Below are positions 22,918 to 33,173 of a stretch of DNA of 64,000 bases, piece by piece. Location: positions 3,143 through 67,142 of the IMG/VR virus record IMGVR_UViG_3300044846_005433. The stretch is one strand, 5' to 3'. The notes beneath the pieces are model-generated. The model saw only the letters and a list, made by a program, of their open reading frames with translations, ran no database searches and was not told the origin of the DNA. Source of the DNA: a virus. Within the stretch, counting starts at the first letter, position 1; every line of letters starts with the position of its first letter. Made by a program: the position numbers and the translations under genes.

Positions 22918-24723
22918 ATGGAAGAAACTGAAATAAATCATGGAGCAGAATTTGGTTGGGAAATAGGTGTACACTTTCCGATTTGGGCAAATACTGAAGT
23001 GTACGTAAAAACTGTATCAAAAGGATATCTCTTAAAGGGAGAAACTCCAAAGGACGCCTATTGGCGAGTATCAACAACTGTTGCTAAGAGATTAGGCAAA
23101 CCAGAAATGGCTAGTAAATTTTTTGATTATATTTTTAGAGGGTGGTTAAATTTAGCTACTCCAGTATTTTCAAACACTGGAACTGAGAGAGGTCTTCCTA
23201 TTTCTTGTTTTGGAATCGATGTTGCAGATTCAATTGCAGATATTGGCGGTAAAAACTTAGAGATGATGCTTCTTGCTAAACATGGAGGTGGCGTAGGAAT
23301 CGGAGTAAATCAAATTCGACCTGCTGGATCAAAAATATCACAAAATGGTACGTCAGATGGAGTAGTTCCTTTCTGTAAAATCTACGATTCCGCCGTCCTG
23401 GCTACTAACCAAGGCAGCGTTCGTCGCGGTGCAGCTTCAGTAAATATTGATATTGAACATGGAGATTTTTGGGATTGGATAGAGATCAGAGAGCCGAAAG
23501 GTGATGTAAATCGTCAATGTTTAAATGTTCATCAATGTGTTGTCGTATCAGATACTTTCATGGATAAACTTGAACAAGGAGATAAAGATGCACGTAAACG
23601 TTGGACCGCTGTCCTGAGAAAACGTAAGTCCACTGGCGAGCCTTATATCATGTATAAAGGAAATATTAATCGTCAAAATCCAGAGGCCTACAAGAAAAAT
23701 GGGTTAAAGGTGTACATGACAAATATCTGTTCTGAAATAACTCTTCATACTGATGAAAACCACTCATTTGTATGTTGTCTCTCTTCCCTAAATCTTGCAA
23801 AATACGATGAATGGAAAGATACTGACTTGATCTATACTGCAACGTGGTTCTTAGATGGAGTTCTTGAAGAGTTTATCCAACGTGCTAAATATATGAGAGG
23901 TTTTGAAAACTCTATTCGTTCTGCTGAAAAAGGTAGAGCTTTAGGTTTAGGCGTTTTAGGATGGCATACTTATTTACAAGACAAGAATATTCCATTTGAT
24001 TCGATGCCAGCTCAATTTGAGACCAGAAAAATATTTTCGCAATTAAAAATTGAAAGCGAGCGTGCTAGCCGCGATATGGCTAGAGAATATGGAGAGCCGC
24101 TATGGTGTTCTGGTACAGGTATGAGAAATACTCACCTTCGTGCAATAGCGCCAACTGTTTCTAATTCAAAACTTTCAGGTAATGTATCTGCTGGTATTGA
24201 ACCTTGGGCAGCTAATGTATTTACTGAACAGACAGCCAAGGGTACATTTATTCGTAAGAATCCTACTTTAGAAAAGGCTCTTGAAAAAATAGGGCATAAT
24301 ACTAAAGAAGCTTGGGACCAAATCTTAGCAGACGGAGGATCTGTGCAGGGTCTTGCTGTTATGGATAACTATCGAGTAAAATTAGGAGAAGCGACTAACC
24401 CAATTACTTTAAACAAATTTTCAAAGCTTCCTGAACACGAACAAACCTTGTATATTCCTCTAAAGGACGTATATTTAACATTTAAGGAAATTAATCAACT
24501 TGAACTGGTTCGTCAAGCCGGAATCAGACAACAATATATTGACCAAGCAGTATCACTTAATCTTGCTTTCCCTACTGAAGCTGAACCTAAATTTATCAAT
24601 CAGGTTCATCTAGAAGCATATCAAGCCGGAGTTAAAACTCTCTATTATATGAGAACAGAATCTGTGCTTCGTGGAGATATTGCAGCTAGAGCAACCCAAG
24701 ATTGCCTTGCATGTGACGGATAA
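22918..24723 (+). CDS. nrdA: Ribonucleotide reductase class Ia alpha subunit (no ATP cone)
   Basis: LPISCF, TNICSEI, VCCLSSLNL, AIAPT, KTLYYMR and C-terminal CLACDG. Confidence 0.95.
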   Translation: MEETEINHGAEFGWEIGVHFPIWANTEVYVKTVSKGYLLKGETPKDAYWRVSTTVAKRLGKPEMASKFFDYIFRGWLNLATPVFSNTGTERGLPISCFGIDVADSIADIGGKNLEMMLLAKHGGGVGIGVNQIRPAGSKISQNGTSDGVVPFCKIYDSAVLATNQGSVRRGAASVNIDIEHGDFWDWIEIREPKGDVNRQCLNVHQCVVVSDTFMDKLEQGDKDARKRWTAVLRKRKSTGEPYIMYKGNINRQNPEAYKKNGLKVYMTNICSEITLHTDENHSFVCCLSSLNLAKYDEWKDTDLIYTATWFLDGVLEEFIQRAKYMRGFENSIRSAEKGRALGLGVLGWHTYLQDKNIPFDSMPAQFETRKIFSQLKIESERASRDMAREYGEPLWCSGTGMRNTHLRAIAPTVSNSKLSGNVSAGIEPWAANVFTEQTAKGTFIRKNPTLEKALEKIGHNTKEAWDQILADGGSVQGLAVMDNYRVKLGEATNPITLNKFSKLPEHEQTLYIPLKDVYLTFKEINQLELVRQAGIRQQYIDQAVSLNLAFPTEAEPKFINQVHLEAYQAGVKTLYYMRTESVLRGDIAARATQDCLACDG

Positions 24724-24748
24724 CCTTTACCTAAACTACTACTTAGAT

Positions 24749-24778
24749 AAGCAGCAATATTCGTATTGCTGCTTTTTT
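24749..24778 (+). terminator. Intrinsic terminator after nrdA
   Basis: AAGCAGCAATA-TTCG-TATTGCTGCTT followed by a T-run. Confidence 0.9.
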
Positions 24779-24783
24779 GTTTA

Positions 24784-24792
24784 GATAAATAA
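24784..24792 (+). promoter_or_regulatory. Late promoter motif (GATAAATAA)
   Basis: Directly after the terminator and upstream of ORF 24819. Confidence 0.6.
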
Positions 24793-24818
24793 TACAGACT
24801 AAATAGTAATCATCTAAT

Positions 24819-25316
24819 ATGAAAAAACACATAAAACCATACTCAGCATTTGTTCTTGAACAAGACATGGGCCTAGGCGTGCCTGCTCCAGGCATGCCAG
24901 CCGCAGGTGCAGTAAAAAAGGAAAAACCTTTACTTTTCATCTTTATTGATGATTTAGAAACAGACGGTACCCATATGCGTCGTTATCCAGATGGAAGCAA
25001 ATCAATTGATTTTCCTTCATATTCAGTTACCCCTACTGAGATCACCGATTGGGCAAAGAAAAATATCCTAGTCAACGATAACAATAAACTAACTGATACC
25101 GTCTTAGATCTTCGCAGAAAGAATTTAGTTAATATTGTCAAAGGTGATAAAGTAAATATCTCAGACGAAGATATTCCATTTATTGAAAAACTAAGACAAG
25201 CATTATCTACTGATATTTTCGGTAAAAGAGAGCCAGACGTAAATGTAATTTTCACAAAAGGCGGACTTCCGACAACTGAAGAAATAAGTGTTACTTTCAT
25301 AAAATATAAAAAGTAA
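24819..25316 (+). CDS. Hypothetical protein with capsid-targeting-like N-terminus
   Basis: Begins MKKHIKPYSAFVLE; late motif upstream. Confidence 0.6.
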   Translation: MKKHIKPYSAFVLEQDMGLGVPAPGMPAAGAVKKEKPLLFIFIDDLETDGTHMRRYPDGSKSIDFPSYSVTPTEITDWAKKNILVNDNNKLTDTVLDLRRKNLVNIVKGDKVNISDEDIPFIEKLRQALSTDIFGKREPDVNVIFTKGGLPTTEEISVTFIKYKK

Positions 25317-26065
25317 TGTTAAAGTCATTTTCCCAATTTATTAACGAATCCGAAAATACTCGAGAAGATTTTATTAAGGACCTTGCTCTAAAACTTTCAC
25401 AAAAGATTCGTGCAACTAGATCTGCTGAATCTGAAGACTATGAAACAGCTAGCGGAATGGAGTTTAAAGAACCATTTGAATTTGATTTAACACTTGAATT
25501 TAGAAGAGATTCTAGATTTGAACCTAAGGTAGATTCTCATTTTCATGGATTACCATGGGAAAATATTAATTACGGAAAGGACGGTTATGCAATTGATGCA
25601 AATACCATAGTAAATAATAGAGGACTATCGATTCCTAAGATTATAATTACAGTAGTCCTTAATCCAAATGAAGAACCTCATCTATATAGTAAATTATATG
25701 CACGAATCGTTGACATTTTAACACACGAATTAAACCACGTAGAACAAATAGGTTTAGAAACGGACCCATTTACTGAAAATCCATCGTCTAAAGAAGAACG
25801 TGAAGCGGCAAAGAGAAACTTTAAGTACTTTTTAATGAAAGACGAAATGGAATCGATGATCGAGGGTATGGAAGCTAGATCCAAGGTGCTAGATATTCCA
25901 CTAGACTATGTTTTTACTGATTACTTAAGTACATTTGTTCAATCTAAGTACATTACACCAGAAGAATACTCTCAAGTTATGCAGCAATGGGTAAAATATG
26001 CGCTGGAGAGATACCCAGATACCTCTTTTTCTAAAAATGTTGATAAAATAGTGAATTCGATATAA
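25316..26065 (+). CDS. Putative zincin (HExxH) metalloprotein with capsid-targeting-like N-terminus
   Basis: Begins MLKSFSQFINE; ILTHELNHVEQ followed by YFLMKDEMES. Confidence 0.6.
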   Translation: MLKSFSQFINESENTREDFIKDLALKLSQKIRATRSAESEDYETASGMEFKEPFEFDLTLEFRRDSRFEPKVDSHFHGLPWENINYGKDGYAIDANTIVNNRGLSIPKIIITVVLNPNEEPHLYSKLYARIVDILTHELNHVEQIGLETDPFTENPSSKEEREAAKRNFKYFLMKDEMESMIEGMEARSKVLDIPLDYVFTDYLSTFVQSKYITPEEYSQVMQQWVKYALERYPDTSFSKNVDKIVNSI

Positions 26066-26091
26066 AACTTACCAATTTTTGCAAGTATAAT
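26064..26091 (+). promoter_or_regulatory. Early/middle-type promoter motif (AAAAC-N16-GTATAAT)
   Basis: Recurring motif upstream of the Hc1-like gene. Confidence 0.6.
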
Positions 26092-26109
26092 ATATCAAAA
26101 ATTATCAAC

Positions 26110-26382
26110 ATGAATCAATTTGAAAAACTTAAGGAAGAAGTAGCAGCAACACAAGCAGCGATCTTTGATCCAATTAATGCACTTCTTGCTTCAGCGGAAG
26201 AAGATGCTCAAAAGTACTATGGCAAAGGCGTTCGTAGCGCTGGAAATCGTCTTAAGAAGAAAATGCAAGAGATCAGAAAAACAATTAAACATCCTGCAGT
26301 TAAGACTCAGATGACTGGAATCCAAAATTCTGCAAAAGACTTACGCCAAACTTTAGTTGAAGAAAGTAAAGTTAAAGCATAA
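26110..26382 (+). CDS. Histone H1-like (Hc1-type) nucleoid protein
   Basis: EEDAQKYYGKGVRSAGNRLKKKMQEI resembles the Hc1/Bacteroidota histone-H1-like pattern (D..KF..KGN..AG.R.RK). Confidence 0.7.
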   Translation: MNQFEKLKEEVAATQAAIFDPINALLASAEEDAQKYYGKGVRSAGNRLKKKMQEIRKTIKHPAVKTQMTGIQNSAKDLRQTLVEESKVKA

Positions 26383-26405
26383 TCTTCATCTTATACAAAA
26401 TTCTT

Positions 26406-26432
26406 AAAATGCCTCTTTTTGAGGCATTTTTT
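26406..26432 (+). terminator. Intrinsic terminator
   Basis: AAAATGCCTC-TTTTT-GAGGCATTTT followed by a T-run. Confidence 0.85.
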
Positions 26433-26442
26433 GTTTTTTCTT

Positions 26443-26469
26443 AAAACTTTATTAAAACCGCTAGTAAAA
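26443..26469 (+). promoter_or_regulatory. Early/middle-type promoter motif (AAAAC-N16-GTAAAA)
   Basis: Recurring motif upstream of the gp32-like gene. Confidence 0.6.
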
Positions 26470-26494
26470 GAACTTACAAATAATAACTTACATT

Positions 26495-27508
26495 ATGACA
26501 GATTTTTTTGATCTACCAGATGACGCGATCTCAAAAGGGAAGAACGCGCAAAAAACAAAGAAAAGCGATCCGCACGTTTACGATCCGGATCCTAATGCAC
26601 ACAACGGTTCCTATAAGTCAGTCTTTAGGTTCTTGCCGTATGTTTTCGATAAGAAAAAGAGCAAGTACACTAAATATTCGGCTAAATTCTGGAACCCATT
26701 AACTAAGGAGGCATTGATTATCGACTGTCCATCTAATGTGGAACAGCCATCAATCCTTTGGACAATTGAATCAACTTTACGTGGTCTTAAAAAAGAAGAG
26801 CCTGAGTTAGTTGAAGAAATCGGAAAAAATTTCTCAAGATGGTATACGCATCATTCAGCAGTATACATCAAGAAAGATCCACAACGCTCTGATCTTGAAG
26901 GATCAATCAAAATCTTCAAATTCAGAAATCAAATTGATCAAGTTATCGATCAGCAGATGAATCCTGAGGAACTTGATGGATTAGATGGCGTTAAGAAAAT
27001 CAATCCATACCATTTATTAGAAGGAAAAGATTTCCTTTGCGTAGTTGGTAAGAAAACAAAAGACTTTAGAGATTGGTCTAAGTGTAAATTCATGGATGAA
27101 GTAACTCCATTTGTTTTCAAAATCGGAGATACCTCAGTTCAAGTTAAGAACGATGAAAAAGCAATAAAGCTTGTAAACGAATTCTTAACTAAGAATACTC
27201 CAAAAATGGACGAGTACTTCCACCAAGAATGGACTGAGGAAACTTACGAAAAAGTTGCAGAAGCAGTACTTGCGGCAATTCCTCAAAGACAAATTTTGGA
27301 GATGATCCTCGGAAAGAGTAAAGATCAAAAGATGAACGATCTTATTCGTGGAAAAATGAAGCCTGGAAAAACAAACAATCCAATTAAACAAAATGATGAT
27401 TTAGAATTTGGATTAGACGCTCCAGCTGCTCCAGCAAAAACTAAAGACGCTGCTCCATTAGCTACTGAACCTGCTGATGAGTACGATGATTTATTCAAAG
27501 ATCTATAA
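26495..27508 (+). CDS. T4 gp32-like single-stranded DNA-binding protein
   Basis: VFRFLP, YIKKDPQ...EGSIKIFKF and NPYHLLEGKDF motifs; acidic C-terminal tail DEYDDLFKDL. Confidence 0.85.
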   Translation: MTDFFDLPDDAISKGKNAQKTKKSDPHVYDPDPNAHNGSYKSVFRFLPYVFDKKKSKYTKYSAKFWNPLTKEALIIDCPSNVEQPSILWTIESTLRGLKKEEPELVEEIGKNFSRWYTHHSAVYIKKDPQRSDLEGSIKIFKFRNQIDQVIDQQMNPEELDGLDGVKKINPYHLLEGKDFLCVVGKKTKDFRDWSKCKFMDEVTPFVFKIGDTSVQVKNDEKAIKLVNEFLTKNTPKMDEYFHQEWTEETYEKVAEAVLAAIPQRQILEMILGKSKDQKMNDLIRGKMKPGKTNNPIKQNDDLEFGLDAPAAPAKTKDAAPLATEPADEYDDLFKDL

Positions 27509-27523
27509 AAAAATAATATTATT

Positions 27524-27856
27524 ATGTTAGATGAAACATTAGAACAGACAGAAGCACAAACTGAAGTTGGCAAAACTGGAGAAACTATTTCTCCAGAGCA
27601 AGCTGAACAGTTAAAAAAGAACGTACTATTTGGTACTATTGCTTATAAGGACGACGAGTCTTACGAATCTTTCTTACAAAAGATGAATCTTGGTCAAGCG
27701 CTATTTGTATTGGTTGCATCCGCAAACCTTGCACAAGCGAAAGGCTCATTTAACATCTTAGAATCAGAAGTTCTTTCAACTGCAATTCGTATAATTCGTA
27801 AAAACTCTACTCCAGCACAGGAGAATAGTGAAAATGGTGAACCCGTAAAAGACTAA
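27524..27856 (+). CDS. Hypothetical protein
   Basis: 110-aa ORF within the operon. Confidence 0.65.
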   Translation: MLDETLEQTEAQTEVGKTGETISPEQAEQLKKNVLFGTIAYKDDESYESFLQKMNLGQALFVLVASANLAQAKGSFNILESEVLSTAIRIIRKNSTPAQENSENGEPVKD

Positions 27857-27863
27857 AATATAA

Positions 27864-29003
27864 ATGGACTTAATTGTTGATGGAAATGCCTTTATAAATG
27901 TTGCAATCAGTGTGGCTAAGTCACAAGCAGCAAAGGACAAGAGGACTGACGAAGCGTATTATGTCAACGATCTATTTAATGACGGTGGGTTTATTCTTAA
28001 AGAACACATTAGAACTTCTTTTAGAAATTTCTGCTTTACTTATTTTAATTCACTAATTGCACCTATCGGGTCTTCACTCGATAACGTGCATTTTGTGTTT
28101 GACTCAAAGAGTTGGAGAAAAGAATACATTTCTTCTTTCTTTGAAAGATCAGATTTTAAAACTACTTCTGCCCCAACCGAGTTTAAATACAAAGGAACTC
28201 GAAAATACGACGACCGTCACTATCTCTTCTTTGATTACTTTCAACAGGTAATTATTCCTGCGCTAAACGAAAAGTGTGGAGTAAACCATTACCGTTTTAA
28301 AGGAACTGAAGGCGACGATATTATTGCATACTTATGCGAAAAGTTATCGACCGATATCCTAATTTATTCTGTCGATCAAGACTTAAAACAGTTAGTCGGG
28401 ACTCCAAATAAAAACGTAATGCTAATCGTTCCAAAGCAGATGAGTAAAACAAAGAAAATCTTTGTTCCTCCTACTTTGATTCCCGAAATGGCAGAGGAAG
28501 AAGAAGAGGACTTCTTTTCCCTAAACGAATCACACATTACTGGTTCAAGTGTTGATAAGATCATCAAGGCTTTTAAAAATAAAGACTATGCTGAACTTCC
28601 TGTGGATCTTACTGATGATGTACTTAGTAAAATTCTATTGGGTGATAAATCTGATAACATTCCAAAACTAGTAAATATTACTCCATCTAAAGCTAAAAAG
28701 ATTATTTCAAATCTTCAGCAAAAGTATGGAGACTCATTAATTTCTCTATTAGATGAATTAAATGATGACTTTATTTTAAATTTCATTGAAGAAATTAGTA
28801 TAGTAAATAAACTAAAGGATACGAATAAAATAGAGGAACTTAGAGAACACCTAATTTTCAATATTAAGATTATACGTCTATCGACTCAAGTTTTCCCTGA
28901 TGAAATCAGAGACGCTCTAGTACAATTCTTTGGTGAATATCAAGTACTTAAATTTAATTCAAAAGAATTTTCAACATTAAAAAATAATCAATCAACGTTA
29001 TGA
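27864..29003 (+). CDS. T4 RNase H-like 5'-3' exonuclease (FEN family)
   Basis: LIVDGN, FDSKSWRK, YKGTR, EGDDIIA, SVDQDLKQL and GDKSDNIP motifs. Confidence 0.9.
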   Translation: MDLIVDGNAFINVAISVAKSQAAKDKRTDEAYYVNDLFNDGGFILKEHIRTSFRNFCFTYFNSLIAPIGSSLDNVHFVFDSKSWRKEYISSFFERSDFKTTSAPTEFKYKGTRKYDDRHYLFFDYFQQVIIPALNEKCGVNHYRFKGTEGDDIIAYLCEKLSTDILIYSVDQDLKQLVGTPNKNVMLIVPKQMSKTKKIFVPPTLIPEMAEEEEEDFFSLNESHITGSSVDKIIKAFKNKDYAELPVDLTDDVLSKILLGDKSDNIPKLVNITPSKAKKIISNLQQKYGDSLISLLDELNDDFILNFIEEISIVNKLKDTNKIEELREHLIFNIKIIRLSTQVFPDEIRDALVQFFGEYQVLKFNSKEFSTLKNNQSTL

Positions 29004-29299
29004 AGCCGTTATACGAAAGAATCCTAGTAAAACCAAGAAAAAAAGAGACCCAAACCAAACAGGGTATCTTGATTCCTGAAAAAGCCGTTAAGAAACCAAA
29101 TATTGGAATCGTTGTTGCCTGTGGCGACGGAAGTACAAATAACCCAATGCTAGTAAAACCTGGAGACATTATTCTCCACAATCGTTTTGCTGGATCTGAT
29201 ATCTTCTACCAAGGAGAAAAACACCATGTTATCCTAGCAAATGAGGTAATTGCTATTTTGGACAATGAAGATGAAGTTAGTTTAGACGAATTCGAATAA
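29000..29299 (+). CDS. groES: Co-chaperonin GroES
   Basis: MKPLYERILVKP...GILIPEKA...GIVVACGDG...VKPGD...EVIAIL. Confidence 0.93.
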   Translation: MKPLYERILVKPRKKETQTKQGILIPEKAVKKPNIGIVVACGDGSTNNPMLVKPGDIILHNRFAGSDIFYQGEKHHVILANEVIAILDNEDEVSLDEFE

Positions 29300-29309
29300 A
29301 CAAAAAATA

Positions 29310-29729
29310 ATGAAACATAAAGCTAGGCGACTATTACAATTTATAGCTATTAAATGGCTTCGACTTTTTGAAACTAAAAAAACTCGAGAGCCTAGTGACT
29401 ATGAAAAGGAATGTTTTTATGTATGTAAAGCTCTTATTAATCAAGAAGACAGTGTTCTCCTAATGTCACCGATTTCCGGTAAGAGATACATTAAGAGCGA
29501 AGACGACCAAATCTTCATTATTATTGAAGAAAATCAAATAACTATCGTTAATCATAACTACAGTTACAACATAGACCTTTGGGGCACAGTATTAACTCGA
29601 ATCTCAAACGTGTTCGATATTGAAGTCGAAAAGAGAAGAGCCTCAATGGAAACTGAAATTCGCTCTAATGTTAAACATTCATTAAGTAACATCTATAAAA
29701 ACTTAACTCATGCAAAATCAACCCAATAA
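29310..29729 (+). CDS. Hypothetical protein
   Basis: 139-aa ORF. Confidence 0.65.
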   Translation: MKHKARRLLQFIAIKWLRLFETKKTREPSDYEKECFYVCKALINQEDSVLLMSPISGKRYIKSEDDQIFIIIEENQITIVNHNYSYNIDLWGTVLTRISNVFDIEVEKRRASMETEIRSNVKHSLSNIYKNLTHAKSTQ

Positions 29730-29997
29730 AATGACTTCTTTATTTTATACTGGCTTTGTAATAGTTAGTATACCGATATCGATGATTGGATTTTTATTAT
29801 TTTTTGGGACACAATTTCACTCAAGCAAACCTACTGAATCTATTCCTCCTAAAAAAGAAGAACCAATAATTGAGAGAAAAATAGTATATGATACAATTAG
29901 AGTTGAAGTACCTGAAGTTCGACCTAAGCAAAAAAAAATAATTGATGATAATATCAATAATATAAAAAAGGATTCTTTAACAGTATCTATTGAATAA
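29710..29997 (+). CDS. Hypothetical single-TM protein
   Basis: Hydrophobic N-terminal segment followed by IVYDTIRVE. Confidence 0.6.
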   Translation: MQNQPNKMTSLFYTGFVIVSIPISMIGFLLFFGTQFHSSKPTESIPPKKEEPIIERKIVYDTIRVEVPEVRPKQKKIIDDNINNIKKDSLTVSIE

Positions 29998-30026
29998 AAA
30001 AGGAGAAGTTTTAAACTTCTCCTTTT
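29998..30026. terminator. Bidirectional terminator between convergent genes
   Basis: AAAAGGAGAAGTT-TTA-AACTTCTCCTTTT. Confidence 0.85.
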
Positions 30027-30046
30027 CTTTTTTAGGTATCTTCAGA

Positions 30047-33000
30047 TTAGAAGCTTGGAATAAATCCTGTAGATTCAGAACTTAATTGTCCTCCTACTCT
30101 AGTGATTGTGATACGGTTGATAAATTTGTGAATTCCTCTTGGGAAATCTACTCTAATATCAATGATCGCAGTATTTGCAGAGATTACTTCAGTTGTATTA
30201 TTTGAAGAATCGAAGATGATTTCGTAAGAACTTAATCCTCTTGCAGCTACTACTGCATCTAAGTAGTTTTGAACAATTGTTTTAACTCTCATTCTTGTAA
30301 TCTCATCGTTAAAATCAAATAAGAAGTTGAAAAGGATTTTCTCAATATCTTTCTCAATTGTAGATAAGTTATCACGAATATGAGCATTGTTTAGAGCTGA
30401 ATTAATTCTTTGGTATGCAGTATTGTTAGAAAACAAGATAATACCAAATCCTCTACGTTTAACGATCAAGTTATGTCCTACTGGCTCTAAGAAATCTCTG
30501 TCCTCATCAGTTAAGTCGTACTCAATTCCAACTACATCTGCATCATTGATTGCTCCGCGTTTTCCACCGGCTACAATCAAGAATGGTGTTCCATTTTTGA
30601 ATTTTCTAACATATAAGTTAGAAATGTATCCTGCTGGAGGAACTGAGATGTTTTTGCTTCCGCTTCTTACAATTAAGTTAGGGAAATAGTAAGTTGCATA
30701 AGACGATAATGGAACTCCATTTACATCCTCTTCAGCAAATTTAAACAAGTAGCTTGGATTCAATGCTAAATCTCCACCTTGCGAAATAAGCTCTGCAGAA
30801 ACCAATTTGTTTGCAGTGTTAATAAAGCTAGGGTCAACTGATTCTTCGAATTGTTTGATTGATGGAGTATTTAAGATCGCCATAGCTTGACCATTCATTG
30901 CTGCAATCTTAGCTAAATAATATTTAGAGTTTGCAGAAATTTCTCCTTCGTAAGTATCAACAACATATCTAAAGTCTACTAATTCTCCATTTGCAAGAGC
31001 TTGTGGAATAGAAGTATCTGTAAATAAGTAAGAAAGAATTGAGCTTTGTCTGTCCGCTGTTGAGTTTGGAAGACTTTCTTGTCTAATCTTAAATCCTTTA
31101 AGGTATTGGCCTTTCAAGTTAGTTACGAAATTATAAATTCCTTTGTAAACTTGAAGAGTGTTTCCAGTCACATCTAATCCTACTACTTCTTCAGTAGATG
31201 GAGACATAGTAGTGATTGTGTATTCTAAACGATATGGACTTAATTCAGTCTTAGAAGTAATAGAGATAATTTTAACTAATCTTGTTCTTCCGCTAGTTGT
31301 TTGTGCCTTAATGTATTGATTTACTTTAAGGAATTCATCAACTAATGCTTTGTTTGCAAGATTAATTCCTAATACTAATTTGTTAGGTTGTAACACTGAA
31401 TAGTCTAAGAAATCAGTTGTTAAATCAAACGTATGTTTAAATTCTGCACCAGATTCAAGAGTTACTTTAATATAATCTTTAGTGTCGGTTGCAGTATAGA
31501 AACCATTACCTGGTAAATAACTGTCTTGGTTCAATAAGCTAATATCATTGAAAATTAACAATTTAATGTATGGAATGTTTACTACGATTGGACCAGCACT
31601 GTTAACTGATATATTATCAATAACTTTTACATAGAAAGTATTTGAACCGTCTGTGAGTTGGTCACCAGCTTTTAAGAAGCCTTTAACGTATGCTTTATAT
31701 AAAGTACTTCCATACATTGCAGCAATATAATTATCACCAAGTGCAGGGTTTACAACATAAGTTTCTCCTTCAGCAATTGACGTTGCACCTGGAGTATCGC
31801 TATATCCCGCTAAGAAATCAGCTTCAACTAGAGTATTAATTGATGGATTGTTTGTAATATTAAACACTAATTCCGCATCAGCAGGTCTTGCATAACTTAA
31901 AGTATCAATTAATGGAGTATAGTCAACTGGAGTGGTTCCATCAGTATCATAACCTCCGTCATCTGCTGCATATACGTCATCTAAATTTAAGTCATCGTAT
32001 CCATGTCCTACGATATCTACACGGTGAGTGTAAACGTCTTGGTCAACAAATGTACCATTTGTTAAATCAATTAAGTCTAATTTTTTAACATCAAGAGCAC
32101 ATAGAATTCCAGTGGTTGGGTATGATCTGTTTACTAAACGATCAATTGATACAGTAAGACCTCTTTGGTCTTTGAAATCAGGAATTAAACATCCGATTGT
32201 TCTATTAATTACTTTAATCTCACGAAGAGCAAAGAAATCAGCAGATTTAGAAGATTTTAATCCAGCTTCATCAAAGAACTGTTTGTAGATTGGGTCTTTT
32301 GCAAGTTTTAAGTAGTTTGACCAGTCACCATTTACCACGATAACTTCAACGAAGTAATCAGAGATAAAATCATCAGGGTGAAGGAATGTTGGAAATTCAA
32401 CATCAGTTCCACCGATTGTGCTATACCATTCTTTTGCAGTTACATCATAACCAGCAACAGATGCTTTTCTAACCCAGATTGTTGCATTGCTATTTGCTAA
32501 ATTAACAAATGATAAAATCTTGTTAGAAGTTGTCGATACTTGACCTAGAGTACTAGGACTAGCTACGAAATCATCTTGTAAAGCTAAGTTTTTTGATCTA
32601 TTTAATTGCTCTGCTTCTGCAACCCATAGTCTTCTTCTGTTGAAGAATTCTACAATTGGATAAGTGCTTAACACTTCGGTTTGATCGTTATTGTTTGATG
32701 CAGCTTCAGTATTAAATGTAGTAAATGCAGCTTGGTCCAAGTTTAATGTTGGGTCAGTTTCAGAATCCAATGGAACTACGTTCATTGCAAATACTGGCCC
32801 TTCTCTAAGAGCTACCTCAATAGTTCTATGGAAATAACTTCCTGCTTTTTCTAATTTTGGGTCTATTTCGCCATACACTGCTTTAAGAGTTCTAATATCG
32901 TTGATTAAAACTACAGTGTTGAATGGACCCACTCGGCTAGATCCGACAACAAGTCTACCTGTGGTAAGAGGAAGTACAACGTTTTCACTTTGATCTATCT

Positions 33001-33058
33001 CAACAGTGTAGACGCCACTTGACTTATAATTATTCAAATTGATCCTTTGTTCGGCCAT
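30047..33058 (-). CDS. Contractile tail sheath protein (gp18-like, enlarged)
   Basis: SSGVYTVEID N-terminus, GPFNT, VPPAGYISN, AGGKRG, SALNNAHIR, FDFNDEITR and NNTTEVI sheath motifs. Confidence 0.92.
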   Translation of the reverse strand: MAEQRINLNNYKSSGVYTVEIDQSENVVLPLTTGRLVVGSSRVGPFNTVVLINDIRTLKAVYGEIDPKLEKAGSYFHRTIEVALREGPVFAMNVVPLDSETDPTLNLDQAAFTTFNTEAASNNNDQTEVLSTYPIVEFFNRRRLWVAEAEQLNRSKNLALQDDFVASPSTLGQVSTTSNKILSFVNLANSNATIWVRKASVAGYDVTAKEWYSTIGGTDVEFPTFLHPDDFISDYFVEVIVVNGDWSNYLKLAKDPIYKQFFDEAGLKSSKSADFFALREIKVINRTIGCLIPDFKDQRGLTVSIDRLVNRSYPTTGILCALDVKKLDLIDLTNGTFVDQDVYTHRVDIVGHGYDDLNLDDVYAADDGGYDTDGTTPVDYTPLIDTLSYARPADAELVFNITNNPSINTLVEADFLAGYSDTPGATSIAEGETYVVNPALGDNYIAAMYGSTLYKAYVKGFLKAGDQLTDGSNTFYVKVIDNISVNSAGPIVVNIPYIKLLIFNDISLLNQDSYLPGNGFYTATDTKDYIKVTLESGAEFKHTFDLTTDFLDYSVLQPNKLVLGINLANKALVDEFLKVNQYIKAQTTSGRTRLVKIISITSKTELSPYRLEYTITTMSPSTEEVVGLDVTGNTLQVYKGIYNFVTNLKGQYLKGFKIRQESLPNSTADRQSSILSYLFTDTSIPQALANGELVDFRYVVDTYEGEISANSKYYLAKIAAMNGQAMAILNTPSIKQFEESVDPSFINTANKLVSAELISQGGDLALNPSYLFKFAEEDVNGVPLSSYATYYFPNLIVRSGSKNISVPPAGYISNLYVRKFKNGTPFLIVAGGKRGAINDADVVGIEYDLTDEDRDFLEPVGHNLIVKRRGFGIILFSNNTAYQRINSALNNAHIRDNLSTIEKDIEKILFNFLFDFNDEITRMRVKTIVQNYLDAVVAARGLSSYEIIFDSSNNTTEVISANTAIIDIRVDFPRGIHKFINRITITRVGGQLSSESTGFIPSF

Positions 33059-33078
33059 TTCTATACGGATATTTTTAA

Positions 33079-33087
33079 TTATTTATC
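33079..33087 (-). promoter_or_regulatory. Late promoter motif (GATAAATAA)
   Basis: Upstream of the tail sheath gene. Confidence 0.65.
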
Positions 33088-33173
33088 CACTGAGATCCAA
33101 ATAAATCCAAAAAAATACTAAAAATAAAGATCCTTTGGCTATACATTAAGTATAATAAATCAAATAAGACAAA

